Shown one piece after another: positions 1-8,148 of a DNA stretch of 64,000 bases. The stretch's first letter is position 1, and the number at the start of each line of letters is the position of its first letter. Under the pieces are notes generated by a model. The model was not told the origin of the DNA and ran no database searches. It saw only the letters and a program-made list of their open reading frames with translations. The stretch lies in the sequence record OQ031493.1; one strand, given 5' to 3'. A program made the translations under genes and the position numbers.

Positions 1-128
1 GCTTATCAGTAATGACTGAATAAACACGTTGACGATGTTTTACATAAGGGATCTCGCGACACTTTTCCAAAGCATAATCCAACATAATTGATTTACCTAT
101 TTGAAATTTAGATAGTTTTATCACATTT

Positions 129-136
129 GTAATATA
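129..136 (-). promoter_or_regulatory. phiKZ-type early promoter (TATATTAC), firing leftwards out of the window
   Basis: gtaatata on + strand = TATATTAC on minus; lies just downstream of a terminator hairpin and T-tract, as at the other copies; TATATTAC is the established phiKZ early (virion RNAP) promoter core. Confidence 0.75.
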
Positions 137-175
137 CTGTTTAAAATGCTTTAAATACAAAAAAATAAAATATAA

Positions 176-196
176 GCCCTCCCGCAATGGGAGGGC
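176..196 (-). terminator. intrinsic terminator
   Basis: gccctccc-gcaat-gggagggc hairpin followed by T-rich run on minus strand; identical to 38366-38386. Confidence 0.8.
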
Positions 197-209
197 AATA
201 TAATAACTA

Positions 210-644
210 TTACAATTTATTCGCCATTTTACCTGGTACTATAACCCAGTGTAAATTACATTTAATGTGTTTATTTTTAAGAGACATTCCTGAGATACAC
301 ACATCCTCTTTGGTTATGCTAATTTTAAATAAAGCTTCCCATTTATTAGCTGTGATGATTTCATCAACAGTGTGATGGAATTTAAGTGTGTTATCTAATA
401 CTGAAATATAAAAGTCTTTATTGGGTTGACCTTTAGTTAAATCAATTATTAACCTATTATTTAATTTAGGTGAAAAAGTTGTTAATGTACCATCTTCATT
501 ATTTTCAGATATATAAGAGCAACCAGTAACAATGAAGACATTATCATTTACACTATTGGCATAAATTATTTTTGGGTGTTTAAAAATATTAATTAGATAA
601 ACAATAATTGCTGACAGGATTAGTGCAATTACTATATCAGCCAT
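210..644 (-). CDS. hypothetical protein with N-terminal membrane anchor
   Basis: 144-aa ORF, hydrophobic N-terminus IVIALILSAIIVYLI. Confidence 0.75.
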   Translation of the reverse strand: MADIVIALILSAIIVYLINIFKHPKIIYANSVNDNVFIVTGCSYISENNEDGTLTTFSPKLNNRLIIDLTKGQPNKDFYISVLDNTLKFHHTVDEIITANKWEALFKISITKEDVCISGMSLKNKHIKCNLHWVIVPGKMANKL

Positions 645-646
645 TA

Positions 647-1021
647 TTAACCCCTATTAACAAAGATAAAATAATCTCGTAGTTCACCAGCTAAATCTAA
701 TGGTTGATAATTATCACTACCATCATCATAAGGGATATAATCAGCACCTGCTTCTACAGCCGCTAAATATTCTTCCTCACCAACTGCTGGAATTAAATGA
801 AACGCTGGGCAATCGTCATTATTGCCATCTAGTATATCTAGCATGCCTGTAATGACACTATCTGCTACAGCCCTGTCCCGATCAGCTGGCTCTGTAAATT
901 GATCAAGTTTAGAGTTATTGATAGCATTATCACGCATATTGACAACACTACTAATAAATAGTTCTTTAACTTGTTCCTGTGTTACAGGTTTAACATTACC
1001 ATCGCCTTCAAAATAGATCAT
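647..1021 (-). CDS. hypothetical protein, LDG-motif paralog family
   Basis: 124-aa ORF; ILDGNNDDCPAFHLIP...DLAGELR aligns by eye with the next gene. Confidence 0.75.
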   Translation of the reverse strand: MIYFEGDGNVKPVTQEQVKELFISSVVNMRDNAINNSKLDQFTEPADRDRAVADSVITGMLDILDGNNDDCPAFHLIPAVGEEEYLAAVEAGADYIPYDDGSDNYQPLDLAGELRDYFIFVNRG

Positions 1022-1065
1022 AATTACATACCTTGTTATCAGTAGCTTATAAATTTATTAGTTCA

Positions 1066-1752
1066 TTAACGCATTATTCGACTGATATCATCAGCTATTT
1101 GTGATTGTATCTTTTCCGCTTTTTCTTTAGCTTTTTCTACTAACATAGCAAGTTGCTCTTGCGTAAAATTACCCGAGTAATACTTAACAGGTTTCTCACC
1201 TGCTAAACTAAGGAAATGGTTCAATAGTGCATGTGGTCCTTTGAAAGGTTCCGTAAATGTCTTAGAAACTTGATAACGTAGATTACCAGAAATATCAACT
1301 GCATCACACTTTGCACGGATATTATCTTTTAAATTTTCAACTGGGTTTACTGGCCAATAATTCTCACCAATACTTATTAGGTAGTCAATATCCTCTTGAG
1401 TAACATTAGGTATAAGTTTGAATCCGGGTATATTTGGATCATTGCCATCTAGGCCAGCTGCGATGCTATATATAAATCCATCAAGCATATCTCTGATAGA
1501 TAGTGCCTTATCTGTATTTTGAGTATCGGTATACTGTTTATGCCAGTAATTACGTGTGCTTTGAAGCCAATTTACAAAGAGAGAAGTTTGTTCCTCTTTT
1601 GTATATTCTCTCGGATCATCTACTTTCTCCCATTCTTTTTGTTTATTTATCTTAGGAGTCTTAGTTTTCTTTACAGGTTGTTCAATCGGTGAATCTGAAA
1701 CCTTTGTTTCAAATCCTATACCAACTATAGTTTTATCGGTTGTATTGATCAT
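1066..1752 (-). CDS. hypothetical protein, LDG-motif paralog family
   Basis: 228-aa ORF; GLDGNDPNIPGFKLIP...DISGNLR. Confidence 0.75.
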   Translation of the reverse strand: MINTTDKTIVGIGFETKVSDSPIEQPVKKTKTPKINKQKEWEKVDDPREYTKEEQTSLFVNWLQSTRNYWHKQYTDTQNTDKALSIRDMLDGFIYSIAAGLDGNDPNIPGFKLIPNVTQEDIDYLISIGENYWPVNPVENLKDNIRAKCDAVDISGNLRYQVSKTFTEPFKGPHALLNHFLSLAGEKPVKYYSGNFTQEQLAMLVEKAKEKAEKIQSQIADDISRIMR

Positions 1753-1979
1753 AGAACATGAAACCTTTGTATATAGTTTGGTTTTATGCGTTTAGTAAAT
1801 TGCGCTGAATGCTCAATGTAATAAATGCATTTATCATTAAGTGAATACACTGTATAATAGGTTTTAGCACATATATGTCGTATGCCAATAGTAACACATA
1901 TTTCCCAACCGATCTTTGTAAATACATAACCTAACTGATTAGGCTCTATTTCTAAACATCTTTTGTCGAAGTTAACCAT
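1749..1979 (-). CDS. hypothetical protein
   Basis: 76-aa ORF overlapping both neighbours in the operon. Confidence 0.55.
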   Translation of the reverse strand: MVNFDKRCLEIEPNQLGYVFTKIGWEICVTIGIRHICAKTYYTVYSLNDKCIYYIEHSAQFTKRIKPNYIQRFHVL

Positions 1980-2419
1980 TGTGGCTTCCTCGGAATAGTT
2001 CGCAAGTACTGAACAATAAGTCGCGCGAATTCATCCATATCGTCTTCAACTAGAATTAACTCATCCAATGTATACCAGCCATCATCAGTTGTTTCAATTA
2101 GATTAGAATCATCTTTGATTTCTCTATCTAAGATGGCGTATAATCTAGTTGGTCCAAAATCAGGCTCTTCTATAACCCCAAGATGTATCAAAGAATTTCT
2201 ATTATTAGTATCATCTGTGATAGTTGGCTGAACACTAATATTGGAAGTTTCCTCTGGGAAGTTATAACTATCTAAAATAGCAAAATCAGTTAATTGTCTA
2301 ATAGCCTTTCTAGTGAAATCATAAACCTTCACTATGGGATGAATCACATAGGTTAGTTTATCATTAACTAAACGTTGCCTTAAATTAATAAATGCGCAGT
2401 TATTCATCGACATACTCAT
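1952..2419 (-). CDS. hypothetical protein, possibly degenerate Nudix-like fold
   Basis: 155 aa; LGVIEE...GWYTLDEL...FARLIVQYL resembles the C-terminal half of Nudix-like phosphoesterases; no Nudix box seen. Confidence 0.5.
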   Translation of the reverse strand: MSMSMNNCAFINLRQRLVNDKLTYVIHPIVKVYDFTRKAIRQLTDFAILDSYNFPEETSNISVQPTITDDTNNRNSLIHLGVIEEPDFGPTRLYAILDREIKDDSNLIETTDDGWYTLDELILVEDDMDEFARLIVQYLRTIPRKPQWLTSTKDV

Positions 2420-2774
2420 GTACCATTTTAATAGTTTTCAAAAATACTTCTTGATTATTACTATCATCTGCTTTTAGAATAACAGGATGACACATAAATT
2501 CATTTTCCAATGATACTCGATAATATTCATTAATTGTCTGAATGAAATCAAGCGGGGGATAAATAATAATATCCTTATCTGTTTCGGCGTAATTAACTAC
2601 ATTTGGTTCATGTTTAAATTTGGATTTATTTAATTTATAAACAAAGTATTTTATATCATTTTTATCTACTTGTGATACAAATACAATTCGTTCATACATT
2701 GATAAATCAATATCTTTACCAATATTGATAGACAGTGGCATACCAATAAATGAGCGTTTAATATTTTCATTCAT
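2400..2774 (-). CDS. hypothetical protein, first gene after an early promoter
   Basis: 124-aa ORF with AGGT SD. Confidence 0.7.
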   Translation of the reverse strand: MNENIKRSFIGMPLSINIGKDIDLSMYERIVFVSQVDKNDIKYFVYKLNKSKFKHEPNVVNYAETDKDIIIYPPLDFIQTINEYYRVSLENEFMCHPVILKADDSNNQEVFLKTIKMVHEYVDE

Positions 2775-2813
2775 TTTTTAATTACCTATTTAATAGTTTA
2801 ATGTTGTATTAGT

Positions 2814-2821
2814 GTAATATA
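2814..2821 (-). promoter_or_regulatory. early promoter TATATTAC
   Basis: exact octamer in a terminator-promoter cassette. Confidence 0.75.
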
Positions 2822-2848
2822 GATTTCAAAAAAAATTTAATGTAAAAG

Positions 2849-2868
2849 CCCTCTCCTTTGGGAGAGGG
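2849..2868 (-). terminator. intrinsic terminator
   Basis: ccctctcc/ggagaggg stem followed by TTTT on minus strand. Confidence 0.8.
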
Positions 2869-2877
2869 TTTATGACT

Positions 2878-2985
2878 TTATTTATATTTTTTCTTATGAG
2901 TGTGGTAAATATAGCTAAATAGCATACCGATTGACATTGATACAGCTACCATACCCACATAGAAAAGTTCATTACTAAGTTGCAT
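2878..2985 (-). CDS. small membrane peptide (35 aa), not in ORF track
   Basis: manual translation [35 protein letters not shown]; GAGGA SD; single TM segment plus basic tail. Confidence 0.65.
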   Translation of the reverse strand: MQLSNELFYVGMVAVSMSIGMLFSYIYHTHKKKYK

Positions 2986-3045
2986 TAGATTTCCTCAAAT
3001 AGTTTAATTTATCCCACCTAGTTTTAACCGTCCAGTCGGTTAAAA

Positions 3046-3065
3046 AGAGGACCCGAAGGTCCTCT
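3046..3065 (-). terminator. intrinsic terminator (UUCG loop)
   Basis: agaggacc-TTCG-ggtcctct then TTTT on minus strand. Confidence 0.8.
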
Positions 3066-3067
3066 AA

Positions 3068-3307
3068 TTATTTCTTATAACTCTCAGGGCATCCCATTTT
3101 GAGTTTGCCATCCTTTGGGTCTTCAGCGAATAATACTTCATCTGGACACTTCTTAACAGGAGTGTCCTTCGCCTTATCTTCCCATTCTACAACAGGCATT
3201 TCTAATTTCTTACGAAATTGATACGTATCATAAAGAACATACGTAATCATTCCCATAAGAGAGATTACCCATACCCATGCAACAATTAGGATGATTCTAG
3301 TTATCAT
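3068..3307 (-). CDS. small membrane protein with C-terminal Cys pair
   Basis: 79 aa; N-terminal TM segment, two Cys near C-terminus. Confidence 0.7.
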   Translation of the reverse strand: MITRIILIVAWVWVISLMGMITYVLYDTYQFRKKLEMPVVEWEDKAKDTPVKKCPDEVLFAEDPKDGKLKMGCPESYKK

Positions 3308-3674
3308 ACAACTCCTCGCCGACTATATTGAAACACCCATTACTGAGTTTTTCAGTCAGCATCTCACCAAGATCACTTCCCTCGCTCTTTGCCAAAAGCT
3401 TAAGTGCGGGATCAGTGAGATTTTGGTATATTACATCGACATTATCCAATGCGATATTAATAGCGAGTGCCTTATCACTCTGGTTTTTATCTATGGCAAT
3501 GGATAGTTCATCTTGCAGTATTGCATACATCTCCAATGGCTCACCGCCATTAGTGTAGAATTGAACCATATTCTTTGCCAAGCTGTGCAGCACGTAGCAA
3601 GATGACACGGTTACGGGTTGTGCATTAACCGACATTGCTACCATAGTGATAATGAGCGAGAAGACGTATTTCAT
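3297..3674 (-). CDS. exported helical protein, Cys-pair family
   Basis: signal peptide ending VNA; SSCYVL...NGCFNIVGE. Confidence 0.75.
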   Translation of the reverse strand: MKYVFSLIITMVAMSVNAQPVTVSSCYVLHSLAKNMVQFYTNGGEPLEMYAILQDELSIAIDKNQSDKALAINIALDNVDVIYQNLTDPALKLLAKSEGSDLGEMLTEKLSNGCFNIVGEELYDN

Positions 3675-3706
3675 CCTATTTTCCTTTTGAAAGTATTCGA
3701 TATGAA

Positions 3707-4162
3707 TTAAATGAGTTCAACAATTACCATGTGAGTGAATTTCTCACCAATATGCTTCATGCAGTAATTGCCATAATACCCGCTGATAAAAGCTGCCAGA
3801 TTAGGAGTAGTCACATTGTAACCTTGACTACGGATATAATCATGGATCTCTTTACTGTTAAGGTCATTATTGATTTTATTAAGACTATTGAATACGAATG
3901 TTAACGCAATCCAATTATTGGTATCCAACTCATCTTTGAGTTTAGCAGAGTTGTTGAGCATAAGCACACCAACTTCATCTGCGCTATGACCTTCACTCAT
4001 TCGAAATACAGCTTGTTTAGTAATGGTTTCAACCATTGCACACGACTGCACAGTGAGTTGAGCATCTTTTTTACCAATCTTGATTTCAGCCATTGCGGTA
4101 TTGAACATGATACCGGTAATGGCAATGAGACCAGCGAAAGCTGCTGCAATTACATTTTTCAT
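3707..4162 (-). CDS. exported helical protein, Cys-pair family
   Basis: signal peptide ending AMA; QSCAMV...NYCMKHIGE. Confidence 0.75.
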   Translation of the reverse strand: MKNVIAAAFAGLIAITGIMFNTAMAEIKIGKKDAQLTVQSCAMVETITKQAVFRMSEGHSADEVGVLMLNNSAKLKDELDTNNWIALTFVFNSLNKINNDLNSKEIHDYIRSQGYNVTTPNLAAFISGYYGNYCMKHIGEKFTHMVIVELI

Positions 4163-4179
4163 TTTAAATCCTTCTTCAT

Positions 4180-4563
4180 TTATTTAATGGTAAGAATAGT
4201 AATTTTTTCAGGATTTACTGGAACTTTAATTTTAGATTTATGTTGGAGAAACTCAACAACCACCATAGACTTATCCATTTTATACACTTCACATACTTTG
4301 ACAAGCCTATCTACTACGCAACCAATTTTACCGGCATTTTGAGAAAAGAAAGATTTTGCTTTTCTAATAGCCTCGCGTTTCTCAAGCATTTCCATACGCA
4401 TATTTTCAATATGTTTATCGCGTTGAACACGATTAAACTTACGCATATGTCGTTCGATCTTACTAATTTCAGAAGAGTGTAATGAATAAGCAGCAGCTTC
4501 TTTCAGTTTCTCATATACTTCCACTGCCATTACCACGTGATCATCTTCAAAATTTCTTTTCAT
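4180..4563 (-). CDS. basic hypothetical protein, paralog of 28972-29574
   Basis: shared N-terminal ~80 aa (MKRN..VVMAVEVY..IERHMRK..IRKAKSFF). Confidence 0.7.
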   Translation of the reverse strand: MKRNFEDDHVVMAVEVYEKLKEAAAYSLHSSEISKIERHMRKFNRVQRDKHIENMRMEMLEKREAIRKAKSFFSQNAGKIGCVVDRLVKVCEVYKMDKSMVVVEFLQHKSKIKVPVNPEKITILTIK

Positions 4564-4576
4564 ATCTATGCCTTTT

Positions 4577-5371
4577 TCACTGTTTGATTAAATTTGACAC
4601 TGCTTCTTGTTTACATTGAGTATTCATCCATAATGCAATGTCTTTGGGTTCTTGTCCAGTTTCCACCATATCGATAATGATACGGGCATTACGTTGTGCT
4701 TTCTCACGGGCATTTAACATATCAGGATCATTAATAATGAATTCCCTACCCATAACTGGATCTAATCCAATATAAGCTTTAGATGCAATAGTTCTCACCA
4801 TTGCTTCATATTGGTCACATCCACGTTCAGTTAATACAAGGTTATCTGCATTGGCACTACCGCCAAATAGCAAACCTAGGAATCCATAGAAAAAAGTGTG
4901 ACGTATTGTCTTCCAACAAATACGCATCTCTTCATTTTTTGTATAAAGCTTTTCCCAATCAAACATTAAATAGAAACTTTCTTTTTGGATAGAAGGGTGT
5001 AACCAAATAGGTTTAATACTTACTTCAAGAAGTTTACTATTTGGATTTTTACCAATAAAGATAACTTCAACAATGGCTCGTGCTAAAGCATCTTTTTCTT
5101 TACCATTCCATCCAAATTTTATTTCATCAGCCGTGATATAAAGACGTATTCCGTCACCCACGTATTTGGGTAACCAAACAGCTTTACCTAGTTGCATTGG
5201 AACACTATTAGGGATCCCCCCAACCATCCAGGTAGCATTGGTGAAATGAATAGCGACATCATCATTTAACCACTTTAGAATAGCTGGCCTTACCCAGCTA
5301 TCTACCAAATTACCACATGTCAATGCAGCTAGCATAGCCATGAGTATAATGACAATATAAATACTAACCAT
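4577..5371 (-). CDS. membrane-anchored protein fused to a Cys-pair exported domain (possibly two genes)
   Basis: 264-aa ORF with an internal signal peptide (MRICW...SANA) at about residue 160. Confidence 0.6.
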   Translation of the reverse strand: MVSIYIVIILMAMLAALTCGNLVDSWVRPAILKWLNDDVAIHFTNATWMVGGIPNSVPMQLGKAVWLPKYVGDGIRLYITADEIKFGWNGKEKDALARAIVEVIFIGKNPNSKLLEVSIKPIWLHPSIQKESFYLMFDWEKLYTKNEEMRICWKTIRHTFFYGFLGLLFGGSANADNLVLTERGCDQYEAMVRTIASKAYIGLDPVMGREFIINDPDMLNAREKAQRNARIIIDMVETGQEPKDIALWMNTQCKQEAVSNLIKQ

Positions 5372-5374
5372 ATT

Positions 5375-5734
5375 CTACTCCAAGTTAAATTTAGTACCAA
5401 TTGCTTCAACACAGTTTTCAGCTAGCCTATCTAGAATAGCTCCATTGGTAAATCCTTTTCGTTTATTTACGCGAATATCAACTAAGTTTAATTTAGCATA
5501 TACGGTACCTGCATAGAACTCTAAGTCATCCATATCCTTACGAGAGATCATATCTAACTGCATCATTATCTCAAATTGGGATAGGTTCTTATCATAAAGC
5601 TCAGTTGCTTTTTGTGAAAGATTTACTGCCACATTACATGATTTCTTAGTAATACCCACTTCTACAGCGTGGGCAGGCTGACATGCAATGGACAGGATTG
5701 GCAGGAAAAGGAATAATAGCCAATTCTTAAGCAT
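5375..5734 (-). CDS. exported helical protein, Cys-pair family
   Basis: signal peptide ending AHA; KSCNVA...ENCVEAIGT. Confidence 0.75.
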   Translation of the reverse strand: MLKNWLLFLFLPILSIACQPAHAVEVGITKKSCNVAVNLSQKATELYDKNLSQFEIMMQLDMISRKDMDDLEFYAGTVYAKLNLVDIRVNKRKGFTNGAILDRLAENCVEAIGTKFNLE

Positions 5735-5746
5735 GTTGTACCTCCA

Positions 5747-6154
5747 TTATTTTAGAGTAAGTGGTTTTGCTTCAAACGCACCTGCCGCTACACAACGCTG
5801 GAAATAACCATCAATGATGAATTTCTCAGGAGTGGTCTTATAGACTTTAGCAGCATTTGTTGCACGTGGCAAACTTGCCTCAATTGCCATTTTATCTACC
5901 TTAGACCATAGGTAAAATAGACCAGTGAGTTCTTCAACTTTAGACTGGTTGGTCTTTAGATCTTTAGTGTTATTAAGGATATAATGAATCCTTTCATAAG
6001 TCTTCATTTGCACTTCAGTTACAGATGCACCTTTTACAAACAATTCATCTGCCTGTTTTACAAACTCGATGCATGAATCACGATTAGTGTACATGACAGC
6101 CGAGTTAGCAGTGATAGTTACAATAGACAACATAAATACAATTACATATTTCAT
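5747..6154 (-). CDS. exported helical protein, Cys-pair family
   Basis: signal peptide ending ANS; DSCIEF...QRCVAAG. Confidence 0.75.
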   Translation of the reverse strand: MKYVIVFMLSIVTITANSAVMYTNRDSCIEFVKQADELFVKGASVTEVQMKTYERIHYILNNTKDLKTNQSKVEELTGLFYLWSKVDKMAIEASLPRATNAAKVYKTTPEKFIIDGYFQRCVAAGAFEAKPLTLK

Positions 6155-6180
6155 AATGAATTACCTCAAAATTAATTTTA

Positions 6181-6444
6181 TTAACTATTGGTTTCACCAC
6201 GAGTATTGAATTCTAAATCCAATACAACTTTAGTAAATTCTTCCAGTGCACCACCCTCGTAGATGAGTGGGTCACTGTCACCCCGGTACATGCTACCTAC
6301 CGGTACTTGACCACGAAACACCATCAGCATATCGTTTTTTACTATGACATGATGTTCATCCCCGACAGCAATGTCTTGGATGTGTCTCCAGCGTTCACGC
6401 AGTAAGCTGCAAGCGCACCATACGGATTTCAAACGTTCAGTCAT
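6181..6444 (-). CDS. hypothetical early protein
   Basis: 87-aa ORF, GAGGG SD, first gene after TATATTAC. Confidence 0.7.
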   Translation of the reverse strand: MTERLKSVWCACSLLRERWRHIQDIAVGDEHHVIVKNDMLMVFRGQVPVGSMYRGDSDPLIYEGGALEEFTKVVLDLEFNTRGETNS

Positions 6445-6477
6445 TGTATTGCCCTCTTGGTTATTAAATTCATATTT

Positions 6478-6485
6478 GTAATATA
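6478..6485 (-). promoter_or_regulatory. early promoter TATATTAC
   Basis: exact octamer downstream of terminator 6525-6544. Confidence 0.75.
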
Positions 6486-6524
6486 GCTTTTTAAATAGTT
6501 TAAATACAAAAAAAGATAAATAAA

Positions 6525-6544
6525 ACCCTCCCCGAAGGGAGGGT
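6525..6544 (-). terminator. intrinsic terminator (UUCG loop)
   Basis: accctccc-TTCG-gggagggt plus T-tract on minus strand. Confidence 0.8.
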
Positions 6545-6562
6545 GTATATTAAGTAATTATT

Positions 6563-7219
6563 TTAACATACAATTTCATTATCAGAAAATAGTTTATTAT
6601 ATTCTTTTAGTGCATCCCCACCAACCATAGTACACCTGCCATAGAGAACAGATATAGCCAGATCTTTAATAGCGGGGTGACAATTATTTAACTTACTGAT
6701 TAGTTGAGCTTTCTCAGTCAGATACAGTTCAGCAAAATCAGGCTTATCATTAACAATCGACCACATGTTTGAAATGGAATCTAGTAACTTAAGAGATTGA
6801 CCACTCCATGAAATGCGAGAAAGTCTTTCATGTTGTAAACTAATCCTAGTTTTACGATTACCTTCGTAAGTTACATTTGTTAGTTCAGTTACTAAATTAA
6901 CAACAGGGATTGAGAATAGTTTAGTTAGATCAGAAGCAGTTACAGCAGTATCCTCAATTACATCATGTAACCATGCTGCTTTATAAGCAGCGTGAGATAG
7001 GTCGAATAATTGCGCCATCTCAGCTACTTGTAATAAATGATGCCAGTAAGGTTTTCCTGAACCATCTCGCAATTGACCAACAGCAGTATGTGCCGCAATG
7101 GCATATGATGCAGCCATTGCATTACCCGCATTGGAATATTTGCCATTACCTAGATGGTTAGTTAAGAGAATATTCTCTTTCCCTCCTTCTAGAATATCGA
7201 TAATTTCATTCATTAGCAT
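6563..7219 (-). CDS. HD-domain phosphohydrolase, RelA/SpoT-hydrolase (small alarmone hydrolase)-like
   Basis: motifs AH..GQLRDGSGKPYWHH, AAWLHDVIEDT, LKLLDSISN match the HD_4 family pattern. Confidence 0.85.
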   Translation of the reverse strand: MLMNEIIDILEGGKENILLTNHLGNGKYSNAGNAMAASYAIAAHTAVGQLRDGSGKPYWHHLLQVAEMAQLFDLSHAAYKAAWLHDVIEDTAVTASDLTKLFSIPVVNLVTELTNVTYEGNRKTRISLQHERLSRISWSGQSLKLLDSISNMWSIVNDKPDFAELYLTEKAQLISKLNNCHPAIKDLAISVLYGRCTMVGGDALKEYNKLFSDNEIVC

Positions 7220-7249
7220 AGCTATATTCCTATTTAAATTATTGGAAAC

Positions 7250-7684
7250 CTAATATAGGTCTTCACTAAATAAATATTTAGTTACTAATCTATTTTCTAA
7301 TTCAGCTCGATATAACTGATTATTATTCTTAGCGATAATTACTGCTTCTTCCCTAGAGTGGAAGTTTTCATACTGATCAATAAAACCTTGTTCATGATCA
7401 TCTCCTGCATATTCATGCAATACCTTAAGACCACCATACATTAGCTGTTGTTGAGTCATTATGATTGATGAATGCCTCGCTGCAATGAAATAAACATCCT
7501 TCCATCTATTGCAGGCGGCAACTATCCTTAATTTCACATCGGGATGTTGTTCCCACCACCATAGACCAGTTTCCTCATTCCAATACCTTTCTTTCATTTG
7601 AGTTTTTCTAAACTCACCTTGTATGTCTAAAAGTCTAAATGCCTCTTCTTTAGACATAGCTTGTAGAATAGGATACTTATCCAT
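7250..7684 (-). CDS. conserved phage protein (C-terminal LFSEDLY motif)
   Basis: IVAACNR...ARH...QGFIDQ...SREEA..IA...QL...LFSEDLY is a recurrent phage family of unknown function. Confidence 0.7.
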   Translation of the reverse strand: MDKYPILQAMSKEEAFRLLDIQGEFRKTQMKERYWNEETGLWWWEQHPDVKLRIVAACNRWKDVYFIAARHSSIIMTQQQLMYGGLKVLHEYAGDDHEQGFIDQYENFHSREEAVIIAKNNNQLYRAELENRLVTKYLFSEDLY

Positions 7685-7713
7685 TTAATACAGATACCTA
7701 ATTGCGAAATAGA

Positions 7714-7733
7714 AAGAGCCCCGAAGGGCTCTT
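7714..7733 (-). terminator. intrinsic terminator (UUCG loop)
   Basis: aagagccc-TTCG-gggctctt. Confidence 0.8.
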
Positions 7734-7734
7734 A

Positions 7735-8091
7735 TTATACAAGTAGCTTTTCAATAGTGAAGCTTGTCCAGACCATTGCCCTATAACCAACACTCTCTTC
7801 AGTATAAGTGATATCATCAAACTTATTAGGTGGCATGAAACCACGTTGTGTACTAGCATCAGTCACAACAAGATTAGAATCTTTTAAAGTTTCATTTAGA
7901 GCCTTAAGTTTATCCTTACTAATTGATCCCTTAACATGGAACTTAAAATAAGCATAGCCTTTATGATTGATACGACAACTGTCAAGAACAGTTTGTTTAT
8001 CATTCATTTGACTCATCAGATCACTAATAACTGCATCATCTACAGGAGTATCATCATTGACAATATTGATTAATTCAATATAAGTTGGCAT
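7735..8091 (-). CDS. hypothetical protein
   Basis: 118-aa ORF with AAGGA SD. Confidence 0.7.
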   Translation of the reverse strand: MPTYIELINIVNDDTPVDDAVISDLMSQMNDKQTVLDSCRINHKGYAYFKFHVKGSISKDKLKALNETLKDSNLVVTDASTQRGFMPPNKFDDITYTEESVGYRAMVWTSFTIEKLLV

Positions 8092-8148
8092 TCTTTTTGT
8101 TTCCTTAATTAGATAAACTACATAAGATAATTTTTAATTGATATTCTA

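Noticed and set aside
7735-8091. Possible anti-CRISPR identity of the 118-aa protein
   Set aside because: No match to any Acr sequence I can recall, and no adjacent aca gene
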